Assembly: GCA_964353135.1 (NCBI GenBank)
Contig: CAYGTV010000003.1
Coordinates: forward strand, 26,718 to 90,717
Source of the DNA: an uncultured Candidatus Saccharibacteria bacterium
GTDB taxonomy: Bacteria; Patescibacteriota; Minisyncoccia; Phycocordibacterales; UBA918
Length of the DNA: 64,000 nt
Reading direction: 5' to 3'
Positions 18,998-29,286 of this stretch are shown one piece after another. Under the pieces are notes generated by a model. It was given only the letters and a program-made list of their open reading frames with translations. It was not told the DNA's origin and did not search any database. Every line of letters begins with the position of its first letter. Within the stretch, counting starts at the first letter, position 1. The translations under genes were made by a program, and so were the position numbers.

Positions 18998-19811
18998 CGA
19001 ATTGGGTAATATATACGAGCGTCGCGCCAGCGATCATAAATGGAGCAAATGGTACGGCACTTTTCATTGTAAGGGTTTCTGCTGATAAGTGTAAGCGACG
19101 TTTTCCCCGTTCGTACTTTTGCCAGGCTAAAATCAGTAGACTAATTACTGCCCCAATCCAAAAAGAAACTACAATAAACGAAAATATTGAAGTCGCGCCA
19201 ACCCATAAACCTAGTGGAATCGCCAGTTTTACATCACCAAACCCCAGCCACTGACCCCGGGATACAAACCACAAAAAGAAAAAGAACCCAGCTCCAGCAA
19301 CACTTGCTCCAACCAAAACAGTTAAAGAATATAACGTCACTGCTCCTAACCAGTATTGCCAACTCAGCCACAGTCCCATCAGAACAGTAAGCGCCGCAGT
19401 TAGCTCATCCGGGATAATAAAATGATAATAGTCGTACACGGTAATCAAAATCAAGACGACAAACATCCCAGTTAGCCAGGCAAACATTTCGATCGATTGC
19501 GACAAAGATAATGCAACCATAAACAGAACCGCTGTTAAAGATTCGACGACAAAATATCGCACCGGTACAAATGATTTGCAACCACTGCAGCGGCCTCGCA
19601 AAGCTATATACGAAAACAGAGGGAACAATTCAAACCAACGTAGTTGTTTTGCACATGACAAACAATGAGAACTGCCGTTAAGTGACCGGCCAGTATGAAA
19701 ACGATAAATCACGACATTCAAAAAACTCCCGATGATCGCCCCTAAAATAAAAATACTGAGGTAAAAAAACCAGATAGGTATCAGCAGGTCTGTACTTAGT
19801 TGTTCAACCAT
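18969..19811 (-). CDS. pilD: Prepilin peptidase (A24 family).
   Basis: Zn-binding CLSCAKQ...CSGCKS pair, polytopic membrane domain with GDVKL; 280 aa. Confidence 0.85.
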   Translation of the reverse strand: MVEQLSTDLLIPIWFFYLSIFILGAIIGSFLNVVIYRFHTGRSLNGSSHCLSCAKQLRWFELFPLFSYIALRGRCSGCKSFVPVRYFVVESLTAVLFMVALSLSQSIEMFAWLTGMFVVLILITVYDYYHFIIPDELTAALTVLMGLWLSWQYWLGAVTLYSLTVLVGASVAGAGFFFFLWFVSRGQWLGFGDVKLAIPLGLWVGATSIFSFIVVSFWIGAVISLLILAWQKYERGKRRLHLSAETLTMKSAVPFAPFMIAGATLVYITQFDVLSLFSFV

Positions 19812-19817
19812 ACATAA

Positions 19818-20249
19818 TTATGGACACAAGGTCACACCAGCAGGCAACGCTGCTCCAATTTCTTTTTGCTGACCAGAGCTATCTACACACCAATGAGTGA
19901 CCGGGTCCAGCTGAGCCGAAGCAGCAAAGGCGTCTATTGTACTGTTGCACACAAACAGATTTGAATTCGCTTTAATGCTGGTGACAACTTGCAGTAATTT
20001 AGTAGAAGTTGCTATGCCGTTTTGTCCACACACTACATTAAAGTTGGCGGACTGGATTTCTTCTCCCATTCCGTTTTTATAAAAACTATCCATACTTGTA
20101 ACCACACTCGCCTCGATTCCTTTTTCACGAGCCAGATCAACTCGCTGTAGCACCACCGCTGCTAAGAGTCCTACAATCGCAATAACCACGAGTAATTCTA
20201 TCAAGGTAAATCCAAGTCTGCTTTTCATACCCATAACTATAGCAAACAA
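19818..20249 (-). CDS. Type IV pilin (second pilin gene).
   Basis: SRLGFTLIELLVVIAIVGLLAAV. Confidence 0.75.
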   Translation of the reverse strand: MFAIVMGMKSRLGFTLIELLVVIAIVGLLAAVVLQRVDLAREKGIEASVVTSMDSFYKNGMGEEIQSANFNVVCGQNGIATSTKLLQVVTSIKANSNLFVCNSTIDAFAASAQLDPVTHWCVDSSGQQKEIGAALPAGVTLCP

Positions 20250-20273
20250 AAAAGCGCCAAAGGCGCTTTTTTG
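20247..20273. terminator. Strong intrinsic terminator after the major pilin gene.
   Basis: aaaaaagcgcc-aaa-ggcgctttttt. Confidence 0.8.
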
Positions 20274-20290
20274 TTAGATTACTGCCTCTA

Positions 20291-20776
20291 CTAACCACAG
20301 ACGGCGTCTTCTGTCGCGTCTGTCGTGTCTAGAGTGTCAACAGCGGCCGTCTCACCTGAGAACCCTGTACTGTCTACACAGAAGTAGTTTCCAGTTCGAA
20401 GGAGCACGTTGATTCCGTACTCTTCGTCATTGGCAACACAAGTTACAGTTCCACCGGTCTGGGTGTTTGCTGCATCCATAAGTCGGTCTACTTCAGTTGA
20501 GGCACAAATACCGTCAGGAGTACCATCATCATCAGCGGTTTCTGTTCCGTCAGCCGCCATATCTTCATCATCTTCACCATACGTAAATTGGTTTTCAGAG
20601 TAGAAAATCTCAGCTACGTTACGGACGTTGTTGATTGAAGTTTTAGCAGATGCGTCGTTGGCGTTATCTCGAGCGTCGTTGAGTGATCCAAGAACCACTG
20701 CTGCAAGGATACCGATGATCGCGATCACCACGAGGAGCTCGATGAGCGTAAAACCTCGTTGCATTACATTTTTCAT
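20291..20776 (-). CDS. pilA: Major type IV pilin.
   Basis: MKNVMQRGFTLIELLVVIAIIGILAAVVL; own upstream region and own terminator. Confidence 0.75.
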   Translation of the reverse strand: MKNVMQRGFTLIELLVVIAIIGILAAVVLGSLNDARDNANDASAKTSINNVRNVAEIFYSENQFTYGEDDEDMAADGTETADDDGTPDGICASTEVDRLMDAANTQTGGTVTCVANDEEYGINVLLRTGNYFCVDSTGFSGETAAVDTLDTTDATEDAVCG

Positions 20777-20876
20777 AAAATAAATTTATATTGCTTTTAA
20801 GTTTGTTTCAGATGTCAGCTGCACATCTCAAACGTTTTCTCTACGTTGTTGTAGATACTATCTATTATACGAAGAA

Positions 20877-20897
20877 GCGGGCGCCGATGGCGCCCGC
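20877..20897. terminator. Terminator hairpin after pilC.
   Basis: gcgggcgcc-gatg-gcgcccgc. Confidence 0.6.
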
Positions 20898-20921
20898 AGG
20901 TAACAAAGTGTGGACAACTAT

Positions 20922-22130
20922 CTAAAATCCTGATGTAAGGTTATAGATCGGCATGAGCACTGAGGCCAATAGGACACCAACCCCCAACCCGAGCATAACG
21001 ATCATAATTGGTTCAATCAGACCAATCATAGTGTCGATGGCGTTATTGGCTTCTCGGCGATAAAAGTTAGAAAGCGTTTTGAGGATGTTTGATAAACTTC
21101 CCGTTTCTTCACCAACCTTGGCCATCTGTGCTAGCACCCCTGGGATATGCGGATACTCAGCGATTGATTCAGCAAATGATCGCCCTCCCTTTACTTCGAT
21201 GAGGACTTCGGCCATGATTTGCTTGAAGACGGTATTATCAACCACATCACCAGTTACTTCAATCGCTTGCACCATAGATATACCACTACCAAGCATTGTT
21301 GAAAGGTTATCGCAGATACGAGTCAAAAGCAGCTTTCTTTGCAGGTCTCCTACGTACGGTAACGAGAGCATAAACTCATCAATTGTTCTCTTTCCAACAT
21401 CAGTTTGCATAAAGCGCCAAAAGAATGCAGCCCCACCACCTAGAACCAAAACGATATATCCGACATACCCAACTAAAAAGTCAGAAATACCAATTACAAT
21501 TTGGGTATATATTGGCAACTCTTGTCCAGAATCAATCAAAATAGTTGCAATACTTGGCACCACCTGAGTCATCATTAGAGTCATCACAACGACAAAAATA
21601 CCAACCACAAATGCCGGATAAATTAAGGCGTTTTTAGCCTTTGCTTGAATTTCATATTGTCGGTCTAAATAGTCAGCCAGGTAATCAAATGATTTATCCA
21701 GCGACCCCGACTCTTCACCCGCCTTAACCAAGTTTACATAAAATGATGAAAATATTTCTGGGTGTACAGCTAGTGAACGTGAGATCGAATTACCTGCCTG
21801 CAAATCCTCTACGATCTGATTCATAGCGGTAGCAAGTTTTTTATTTTCCACCTCAGCTGACAGTAGGCTGAAAATACGTAATGGTGAAACCTGTGCCTGA
21901 AATAGCGTAGCAATCTGCCGCGACAAAATAACAACATCTTTGTACGACACGCGCCCAAATAGATCGATTTCAATATCAAAAATTCCTGATTTTGCTGAGA
22001 CTTCATCGATTGATACTAGGGTGTAACCACGTTTTTGGACAGCTGTAATTGCAGCGTCTATAGACGGGGCCTCTACTGTCCCCTCGCGCTGAACGCTTGT
22101 TTGGTCGACGGCTACGTAGGAAAATAACAT
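20922..22130 (-). CDS. pilC: Type IV pilus assembly platform protein (GspF/PilC family).
   Basis: 402 aa, two T2SSF repeats, three transmembrane segments. Confidence 0.9.
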   Translation of the reverse strand: MLFSYVAVDQTSVQREGTVEAPSIDAAITAVQKRGYTLVSIDEVSAKSGIFDIEIDLFGRVSYKDVVILSRQIATLFQAQVSPLRIFSLLSAEVENKKLATAMNQIVEDLQAGNSISRSLAVHPEIFSSFYVNLVKAGEESGSLDKSFDYLADYLDRQYEIQAKAKNALIYPAFVVGIFVVVMTLMMTQVVPSIATILIDSGQELPIYTQIVIGISDFLVGYVGYIVLVLGGGAAFFWRFMQTDVGKRTIDEFMLSLPYVGDLQRKLLLTRICDNLSTMLGSGISMVQAIEVTGDVVDNTVFKQIMAEVLIEVKGGRSFAESIAEYPHIPGVLAQMAKVGEETGSLSNILKTLSNFYRREANNAIDTMIGLIEPIMIVMLGLGVGVLLASVLMPIYNLTSGF

Positions 22131-22133
22131 ATG

Positions 22134-23204
22134 CTAAATAAGGCGTTCTAGACCCTTTGGATTACTCGAGTAAGTAAAGGCGTTTTCGGTTGTGATCAAG
22201 CCGTTTTGCACCAGGCGAGCAAGCGATCGATTCATGTCGATCATACCGTGCTCCAGTCCGGTTTCGATCACAGAACCGATCTCGTGGATTCGGTTTTCTC
22301 GGATCAGGTTGGCGACAGCTGTGTTATTGATCAACAACTCGTACGCTGGGACCAACCCACCGTCAATTTTTGGAATCAGTCGCTGAGAGAAAATACCAAG
22401 TAGTGACCCAGCTAACTGCGACCTGATTTGGTTCTGTTGAGAACCTGGAAACACGTCAACAATACGTGTGATCGTTTGGGCGGCGTCATTGGTGTGGAGC
22501 GTAGACAACACTAGGTGTCCAGTTTCAGCAGCGGTAACAGCGGCCTCGATCGTTTCTGCATTTCGCATCTCGCCAACCAGAATCGCATCTACGTCTTGTC
22601 GAAAAGCAGCATTTAAGGCTGACTCAAATGATTTTGAATCAAGTCCGACTTCTCGTTGGTCAATCAATGATTTTTCTTCCTGGTAGATATATTCAATTGG
22701 GTCTTCGATGGTGACGATATGGTCTGCGCGCGTTTTGTTGATCACGTTAACCATAGCGGCTAGGGTGGTTGATTTACCCTGCCCTACTGGACCTACACAG
22801 AGGAAAAATCCCTGGGTGCGTTGAGTAAAACTTTCCAAAATTGGTGGCAAGCTTAGATCCTCAAATGAGCGAATCACATTAGGGATCAGACGCAGCGCAA
22901 TGCCCATTTGGCCTCTTTGGTAAAAAGCGTTTCCTCGAAATCGAATCCCTTCGGCATTCTCATATGAAAAGTCAACTTCATTAAACTCGATATACTTGGC
23001 GTACTGATCCTTTCGCATCAAAATCCGCGCAAAGGCATCTAGGTCGCGCTCATTTAATACCGGTTTTTTGAGCAAAGGAATAAGCGTCCCTGAAACCCGG
23101 ATCAATGGGTGAGACTCAACTGACAAGTGTAAATCAGATGCTTTTTCTTCCAAAATAACACTAACGATGGCATCAAATTCTTTTTTGTAATCCGTACTTG
23201 TCAT
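22134..23204 (-). CDS. pilT: Twitching motility / pilus retraction ATPase.
   Basis: Walker A GPVGQGKST, PilT-type His box; 356 aa. Confidence 0.9.
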   Translation of the reverse strand: MTSTDYKKEFDAIVSVILEEKASDLHLSVESHPLIRVSGTLIPLLKKPVLNERDLDAFARILMRKDQYAKYIEFNEVDFSYENAEGIRFRGNAFYQRGQMGIALRLIPNVIRSFEDLSLPPILESFTQRTQGFFLCVGPVGQGKSTTLAAMVNVINKTRADHIVTIEDPIEYIYQEEKSLIDQREVGLDSKSFESALNAAFRQDVDAILVGEMRNAETIEAAVTAAETGHLVLSTLHTNDAAQTITRIVDVFPGSQQNQIRSQLAGSLLGIFSQRLIPKIDGGLVPAYELLINNTAVANLIRENRIHEIGSVIETGLEHGMIDMNRSLARLVQNGLITTENAFTYSSNPKGLERLI

Positions 23205-23206
23205 AT

Positions 23207-23590
23207 CTAATTTTTACTACCAATAATGTCCGAAACCTGTTTTACTACATCCGAAGGGATCGCTTCTGCCTTTATTATATATCCATCTGCTCCGACTGAT
23301 TCTGCTTCTGCTATGTCTGAGTCTTGTCCTTGATTTGAAAGCACAATGCATTTTGCTTTCATTTTTGGAAAAGATTCTTTGATCTCTTTGATCAGTTCGA
23401 TTCCGCCAATACCAGGCATGACCATATCAAGCAGTATTACATCAAAGTCTGGGGACTGCTGAATCAGCGTTAGTGCCTGATGTCCAGTTTCAGCAACCTG
23501 TACGTCGAAGTTTGAGTCACCGAATTTGATTGCGTACATATCACGCAAAAACGCATCATCATCAACTAGCAAGAGCTTTTTGATCTTCAT
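23207..23590 (-). CDS. Single-domain response regulator (CheY/PilH-like receiver) embedded in the pilus cluster.
   Basis: LLVDDDAFLRDMY...DVILLDMVMPG...K; 127 aa; overlaps the pilB stop. Confidence 0.75.
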   Translation of the reverse strand: MKIKKLLLVDDDAFLRDMYAIKFGDSNFDVQVAETGHQALTLIQQSPDFDVILLDMVMPGIGGIELIKEIKESFPKMKAKCIVLSNQGQDSDIAEAESVGADGYIIKAEAIPSDVVKQVSDIIGSKN

Positions 23591-25406
23591 TACTATCCAT
23601 TATAGCCTGATCTGGCTCTACCAAGGTTTGGTTATCGACACGATCTGGCAGTTCTTCTTCTAGGAGTTCATCAATACCAATCTGCGTACCAAACGTCATC
23701 ATTTCCTCGTGAGGAATCTCGTGGTTTAATGCTTTGATCATTGCGTCTTCTTGGATAGTTGTAAATCCGTTTTTTCTGGCCGCCGCTAGAAAGGCTTCTT
23801 CGGGAGCGCTTTTTAGGATCAGCTCCTGTATTTCTGGTGTAATTTCTAAGACCTCAGTGACCGCCGTACGACCACGGTACCCAGTTGAACAGCTAGGTGT
23901 CGGTTCTGGGTGCAACATTGTTGTCTTGTCTGGAATACGAGCGTGAAACTTTTCTGGTATCAAATTTTTAATATTTTTAATTCGGTCAAGAGTGGCGGAG
24001 TTAATTTCTTTCTCAATACCGGTCCCATCACAAAGTTTTTTAGACAACCGTTGAGCGATCGCCATTTTAAGGGTCGGTGCAATTAAATACGGGTCAACCC
24101 CCATATCAATCAAACGCGGAATCACTCCAATCGAGTTGTTGGTGTGAATAGTAGACAGCACTAAGTGACCTGTTAGAGCGGCCTGGATCGCCAACTGGGC
24201 GGTTTCTTTATCTCGAATCTCTCCCACCATAATGATGTCAGGATCCTGACGCAGAGCAGCTCGCAAGCCAGTTGCGAACGTATACCCAATTTCTGGACGC
24301 ACTTGCGACTGACTTACTCCTTCCAGGTTGTATTCGATCGGGTCCTCAAGCGACATTACATTTTCTGTCAGGGTGTCCACCTCCCCAATCATTCCACGCA
24401 ACGTTGTAGATTTACCAGACCCGGTTGGACCAGAGATGAGGATGATCCCATACGGCTCCTTGACGATCTTTTTGATAACATCAAGGTTATACTTTGATAT
24501 TCCACTATCTTCGAGAGTCAGCACTCCCTTTCCAGTGTCTAAAATACGCATTACTACCTTCTCACCGTGATTAGTTGGAAGTACGGAGACACGAAAGTCG
24601 ATTTTGCGTCCATCAAAGGTTGCCGAAAAACGTCCGTCTTGTGGCTTGCGCCGCTCATCTAGACGCATAGCTGAGAGAATTTTTACCCGGGCCACCACAG
24701 CCATGTGCACATTTTTAGGTAGTTCCAAACTTGTAGCAAGTCCACCATCGACTCTAAACCTGACCCCGACCTTTTGAGGGGTTGGTTCAATGTGAATGTC
24801 AGATGCTTGACCATCAACTGCGTATCGCAAAATAGTTGCCACAATTTTAGTGACCGGAGCATCTTCCTCAATATGGTCTACCGATTCACGATCTGATTCA
24901 CTGACCCCTTCTAGGCTGGCGGCAATTTCGGCGTCTAATTCCGACTCTAGGTTTTCAAGCGCACTGTCCACCTCCCCTTCAAGGTTGGCATAAAACTTGC
25001 TTACTTCTGCTATCTCAGAACTAAGCATAAACACCATGTGATACGGCATGTTGTTTTTAGTACTGATGAAATTGAGTGCTTCTCGCATTCGCAAGTCGTC
25101 AGGATTATTCACCCCGACAACCAGTACATCCTGCTCAATTTTCAGCGGTACAATTTGGTAATGAGTAGCCGCAGTTTCTGGGACCATGTTAAGCACCTGC
25201 TGGGACACCTTGAAGCCTTCCGGCAAAGTGAAGTGTTCAACTTCATAGAAGTTTGCAAAAAATTCTGCAATCTGTGTACCAGGGATACCTTCCGCTATCA
25301 GGAGTTCCTCGAGACTAACTCCCTCTTCTTGAAAACGCACTTGTAAAGCTGCGGCCTGCTCTGCAGTTACCAAAGAAGATTCTTTTAAAGCAGCAAAAGG
25401 ATCCAT
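23562..25406 (-). CDS. pilB: Type IV pilus assembly ATPase (GspE family).
   Basis: Walker A SGPTGSGKSTTL; Asp and His boxes; 614 aa. Confidence 0.9.
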   Translation of the reverse strand: MDPFAALKESSLVTAEQAAALQVRFQEEGVSLEELLIAEGIPGTQIAEFFANFYEVEHFTLPEGFKVSQQVLNMVPETAATHYQIVPLKIEQDVLVVGVNNPDDLRMREALNFISTKNNMPYHMVFMLSSEIAEVSKFYANLEGEVDSALENLESELDAEIAASLEGVSESDRESVDHIEEDAPVTKIVATILRYAVDGQASDIHIEPTPQKVGVRFRVDGGLATSLELPKNVHMAVVARVKILSAMRLDERRKPQDGRFSATFDGRKIDFRVSVLPTNHGEKVVMRILDTGKGVLTLEDSGISKYNLDVIKKIVKEPYGIILISGPTGSGKSTTLRGMIGEVDTLTENVMSLEDPIEYNLEGVSQSQVRPEIGYTFATGLRAALRQDPDIIMVGEIRDKETAQLAIQAALTGHLVLSTIHTNNSIGVIPRLIDMGVDPYLIAPTLKMAIAQRLSKKLCDGTGIEKEINSATLDRIKNIKNLIPEKFHARIPDKTTMLHPEPTPSCSTGYRGRTAVTEVLEITPEIQELILKSAPEEAFLAAARKNGFTTIQEDAMIKALNHEIPHEEMMTFGTQIGIDELLEEELPDRVDNQTLVEPDQAIMDSNEDQKALAS

Positions 25407-25408
25407 AC

Positions 25409-25747
25409 CTATTGTGACACTGGTGTTGAATTAAACGATGGAGCAAACGGATTTGGTCGACCAACCTGGAAATCACTCGGTGGGGGTGAATACGATTTTA
25501 ATGAATTAAAAACTGGGTCATCAAATAACTCAGTATCCATTTGTATCTCAGAGAGAGTTCGGCTACGCTCGACAAACAGCTGGGACGATGACAGTAATTG
25601 CTGCAGCTGCTGATCAGATGGATTGGCGGTTAAAAACGGTGACGAATTCTGGGAAAAAAGAATATACCCAGCCACAGCTGTAATAACGATTCCTACCAAT
25701 ACAATTATGTTCGTGGTTGATTTATTCATATCAAAGTCATTATTCAA
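25409..25747 (-). CDS. Small membrane-anchored pilus assembly protein, possibly PilP-like.
   Basis: N-terminal transmembrane helix; C-terminal RPNPFAP motif; its position between pilO and pilB. Confidence 0.4.
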   Translation of the reverse strand: MNNDFDMNKSTTNIIVLVGIVITAVAGYILFSQNSSPFLTANPSDQQLQQLLSSSQLFVERSRTLSEIQMDTELFDDPVFNSLKSYSPPPSDFQVGRPNPFAPSFNSTPVSQ

Positions 25748-26309
25748 TCTCTATCCCAGTACTGGTAACGTAGGTCACGATAACTGCATCTACTGACAGT
25801 GAGACCCCGTCTGCCCCAGTAACCTCTAGAGTATAAATTTGTAATGGATATTCGTTTTGCTCGAGCATGCTAAAGAAATCCTTTAGGCGGTTATAACTAC
25901 CGTCTACTGATACGGCAAACTCATGTCCCAGAGGGGCTTCATCTGTTTGAGAGAGACGTGCTGCCGGACTGCTGTCTATCTTTTTTCCATTGTATTGGAT
26001 TACTGTATAGTTCACCCCTGCATTTTGTGCGATGATTTCAATATCACGAAGCACAGCAACTTCATCAAGCAAGGCTGGCATGTAGGTCGCAAGTCTCTCA
26101 CGATCATTTACAGAAACTGACTCTAATTCAGACACCCGCGCGGCCAAAATACGGTTTGTTTCTGTAACTCGTTCTCGCTCAACTGTATATTCTTGTACTT
26201 GGGTTTGTAGTTCACCGATTTCTGCAAATGTTGGACGTACAACAAGTGATACGATTGCAATCGCTAAACCTATTGCGCCAATTTGTGAAATTAATCCAAG
26301 CGGTTTCAT
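25740..26309 (-). CDS. pilO: PilO-like pilus assembly protein.
   Basis: Signal anchor plus coiled coil; position after pilN. Confidence 0.55.
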   Translation of the reverse strand: MKPLGLISQIGAIGLAIAIVSLVVRPTFAEIGELQTQVQEYTVERERVTETNRILAARVSELESVSVNDRERLATYMPALLDEVAVLRDIEIIAQNAGVNYTVIQYNGKKIDSSPAARLSQTDEAPLGHEFAVSVDGSYNRLKDFFSMLEQNEYPLQIYTLEVTGADGVSLSVDAVIVTYVTSTGIEIE

Positions 26310-27100
26310 ATAGTAGTTTCGTTATCTTCTAGACGGTCTTCGTCAAGGGGAATAATCTCGTCCGATAGTGAGCTGGTATCTTCAAAATCTGGCTCAGTAT
26401 TTTCTGTTGTATCAACCTCTGGAATGTTTAATATATCAGCCGCGTCGCTTGATTGATACACCCCAATATCTGTCCGACGAGCCTCCAACGGATCATAGAG
26501 CGCAGCTGAAAGTGGAATCGAGAAATCAGCTATAAATGTAACCGCTGGTGGTGTAGCTACTCCTTCAGCCAATACAGCTTCTGCGCCGCTTTGAATATCA
26601 ACCTCTGAGATTGTAACGTCCGAGAATAGAGCGCTGTTTGCAGTCAAAACTTTACGCTGGAACAAAGCAGCATCGAGGGTTTCAGTAGAAAAGTTAATCG
26701 TTAGGATTAAACGTTGGTCTCCTTCTCGTTCTAGTGCAAGGTCGTTAATCTGGATCGGCTGCGCAGTGATCCTATCCATTTCATCTAAGACAGCTACGAT
26801 GGAAACCGTATTGTCGACGCGATCTTTTGCCTTTTCCAACGACTCATTAAACTCTTGGACTTGTTTAAAATCCTGGATACTGAATGTGTTTACGGCACCA
26901 TCAAGTAGGATGGCTTCGTTCTCGAGCTGGGAAATTGTATAGTTTTTGTAGAAATAAGTACCCCCCGCAGCCAGTAATGCTCCAAAGAGCATGCTGTACG
27001 CAACAATCGTAATCAGGAAAATCTTCCGTGTAGGTCTTGAGCTTTGACGCTTGGAGTTGCGCCTTTTTGGTATAAAAGAATTGTTTGAGGAACCTTGCAT
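26306..27100 (-). CDS. pilN: PilN-like pilus assembly protein.
   Basis: Basic N-terminus, single transmembrane helix, periplasmic domain; follows pilM. Confidence 0.55.
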   Translation of the reverse strand: MQGSSNNSFIPKRRNSKRQSSRPTRKIFLITIVAYSMLFGALLAAGGTYFYKNYTISQLENEAILLDGAVNTFSIQDFKQVQEFNESLEKAKDRVDNTVSIVAVLDEMDRITAQPIQINDLALEREGDQRLILTINFSTETLDAALFQRKVLTANSALFSDVTISEVDIQSGAEAVLAEGVATPPAVTFIADFSIPLSAALYDPLEARRTDIGVYQSSDAADILNIPEVDTTENTEPDFEDTSSLSDEIIPLDEDRLEDNETTI

Positions 27101-27162
27101 CGTACTAATAGTATACGCTTTGTTTTGAGGAGAAAATAAAGCAGTGTGGAAAGCTTTTATAG

Positions 27163-28227
27163 CTATTCAAAGTGCCGTAAAGCTGCCCCTAGGGCAGGTA
27201 CAAATGATGGTCCGATTTCTTTCATAGCGTCTTCCATAAAGGCTGGGTATGCAACGTTGGTAAACGGATTAATATACTCAGCCTGAATACCAACTGAATC
27301 TTGGATCATTTTGTTCAGTCCGCTATACAGACTCGCCCCGCCACACACGTGAATCGCGTCAATTTCAATATCGTGGGCTGCCTGATGATGATCAATCACT
27401 TGACGGAATTCGCGTAGTGCCCGTCCATACACTTTGCTATACACCCCCTTGAGGCTACCATACTCTGGACTATCGGCCGTGATTTGTATTTTGTTAAGCT
27501 CTGCAGTTTCAAAATCAGTCTCTTGTAGTTCGGCAAATTGCTGTGTCACTTGTGTTCCGCCTACATTGATACGATGCATCCGGTTAAGTACCCCCTCACT
27601 TGAGATATACATTTTGGCTGAAGATGCCCCAAAATCCATAATGATGGTATGGCCACTAGAAGGGATCGTTCGACTGGTACTAAAACACTCAATTTCGGTT
27701 GGAGAACCCTGCAGACCAACAAACTGCATCAGTACATTTAATCGTTCGATCGCTGTGTTTTGGATTGCCGCAATTAAAACTGGCCGACCAGTTTGTCCGG
27801 GAGGAGCCTCTAACTCTGCCCAATCGAGCGTCACCTCACTGAGTGAGGCTGGGATAATTTTTCGAGCCTCAATACGAACCTGTGCACTGAGGTCAGCATC
27901 AGGTCCGATATCAAGTGACGTAGTACTGATAAAGCTTGCTGATAGAGGCATCGCAAATACTGCCTGCCTGGCTTTGACTGCTGACTCGCGAATGACATCA
28001 ACCAGGGCTTCTTGTTCCTGTTTTGGACCTAGTTGAACTACCGCACCAAGCGCTTTTTCATCATATGGACCCAGTTGGATTTCGCCGTACGTAACCAGTG
28101 TTAACACCCCACCCTTCTCCTCAAGCTCTACCACTTTGATTGAAGATGATCCAATATCAATACCCAGCACGTTTGGTGCTGACTGTGTTGCTTGGACAGA
28201 TTTGATGAGGTTAGATAAAAGTCCCAT
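27163..28227 (-). CDS. pilM: PilM (actin-like ATPase).
   Basis: LGIDIGSSSIKVVEL N-terminal phosphate-1 motif; 354 aa. Confidence 0.8.
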   Translation of the reverse strand: MGLLSNLIKSVQATQSAPNVLGIDIGSSSIKVVELEEKGGVLTLVTYGEIQLGPYDEKALGAVVQLGPKQEQEALVDVIRESAVKARQAVFAMPLSASFISTTSLDIGPDADLSAQVRIEARKIIPASLSEVTLDWAELEAPPGQTGRPVLIAAIQNTAIERLNVLMQFVGLQGSPTEIECFSTSRTIPSSGHTIIMDFGASSAKMYISSEGVLNRMHRINVGGTQVTQQFAELQETDFETAELNKIQITADSPEYGSLKGVYSKVYGRALREFRQVIDHHQAAHDIEIDAIHVCGGASLYSGLNKMIQDSVGIQAEYINPFTNVAYPAFMEDAMKEIGPSFVPALGAALRHFE

Positions 28228-28282
28228 AAAACGATAGCTACCAAAATAGTAGCACGACTCGGTTCACGATATACTAGTAATT

Positions 28283-28855
28283 ATGCGTGACCAGTGGAGA
28301 CTACTCTGTGAAACATTGTGGCCAGAACCACAAATATCAGATCTACCAGCAACCCTACCAGGGCGGTACAAACACACCCATTTCTTACTTCCGTACAAAA
28401 ACCCGATTGTAAAAAATAACATTCGCAATAACAAATTTCATTTTCATTCCAGCTCGGCCAAAGCTCTGGCAACTGTAGTCGACCAATTTCTAAAGCGGTA
28501 TCCTGACGCAACTATCATTCCTATCCCTAGCAGCACCAACCGGGAACGAAAGCGGGGCTACGACCATTTGCTAAACATTTTGCAGCATAGTCAGCACAGA
28601 AACCAAGTTCGCGTTAACATCCTCAAGAAGGAAATCAACACAGCACAACAAAGTCACGTATCTATACAGGTTCGACTGCGCCAGCAGGTAGGATCATTTA
28701 CTTGTGACATCCATAAAATATCTTCGCTACCGGCAACAGTCGTTTTGTTTGATGATGTTGTAACAACGGAAGCAACCATGAGTGCGGCGCGAGAAACACT
28801 CGCATCAACCCTTCCGACTGGAACCAAGATTATCTGCTTTGCGATTGCACATTAA
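28283..28855 (+). CDS. comFC: ComF family competence protein (phosphoribosyltransferase domain).
   Basis: PRT motif VVLFDDVVTTEATM; 190 aa; divergent from pilM. Confidence 0.7.
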   Translation: MRDQWRLLCETLWPEPQISDLPATLPGRYKHTHFLLPYKNPIVKNNIRNNKFHFHSSSAKALATVVDQFLKRYPDATIIPIPSSTNRERKRGYDHLLNILQHSQHRNQVRVNILKKEINTAQQSHVSIQVRLRQQVGSFTCDIHKISSLPATVVLFDDVVTTEATMSAARETLASTLPTGTKIICFAIAH

Positions 28856-28888
28856 AAAACAGGCAGTCCTATCGGACTACCTGTTTTA
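28854..28888. terminator. Bidirectional terminator between comFC and the DUF2853 gene.
   Basis: aaaaaacaggcagtcc-tatc-ggactacctgtttt. Confidence 0.65.
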
Positions 28889-28895
28889 AACCACT

Positions 28896-29216
28896 CTACT
28901 TTCCGTATTTTTTAGCTAGCAGATAGTAAACAACTGCTCGGTATTTTCGGTTGATACCTGACATCTGTTCTAGGACCTCAGCAATTGCTGCCATTCCTTT
29001 TGCTTCGTCAGTTTCAGCCAGCTCGTCTGCCACAAAATTTGTGTAGACTCGCTTTACTTCTGCTGGGTCTGTCGCTGCGACACACTGCCCATCGGCATCA
29101 TAGTTTGCTGGACCACACGCGTCGGTAGCCATTTCTAGCACGTCAGCATCAACCGAGACCTTGAGGTCTTTTAGTTGTGCTGTGTATTTCTCCATCATTT
29201 CAACTTTAGTAGACAT
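28896..29216 (-). CDS. DUF2853-family small protein.
   Basis: MEKYTAQLKDLKV...ACGPANYDADGQCVAATDPAEVKRVYTNF... matches the remembered DUF2853 pattern. Confidence 0.5.
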   Translation of the reverse strand: MSTKVEMMEKYTAQLKDLKVSVDADVLEMATDACGPANYDADGQCVAATDPAEVKRVYTNFVADELAETDEAKGMAAIAEVLEQMSGINRKYRAVVYYLLAKKYGK

Positions 29217-29286
29217 AACTTCTATTATTTTAATGAATAAGTCTGTTCATCATACTCCGGTAGGTGCTGATTAGCAAAATCAAATT

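Noticed and set aside
27434-28036. 200-aa plus-strand ORF inside pilM, and similar antisense ORFs (836-1129, 1403-1675, 15358-15675, 21079-21567, 24328-24570, 37066-37419, 45929-46495, 49715-50035, 62968-63462).
   Set aside because: They are antisense to well-supported genes with strong homology, have low-complexity or Ser/Arg/Cys-rich composition, and have no RBS. They are typical spurious reading frames.
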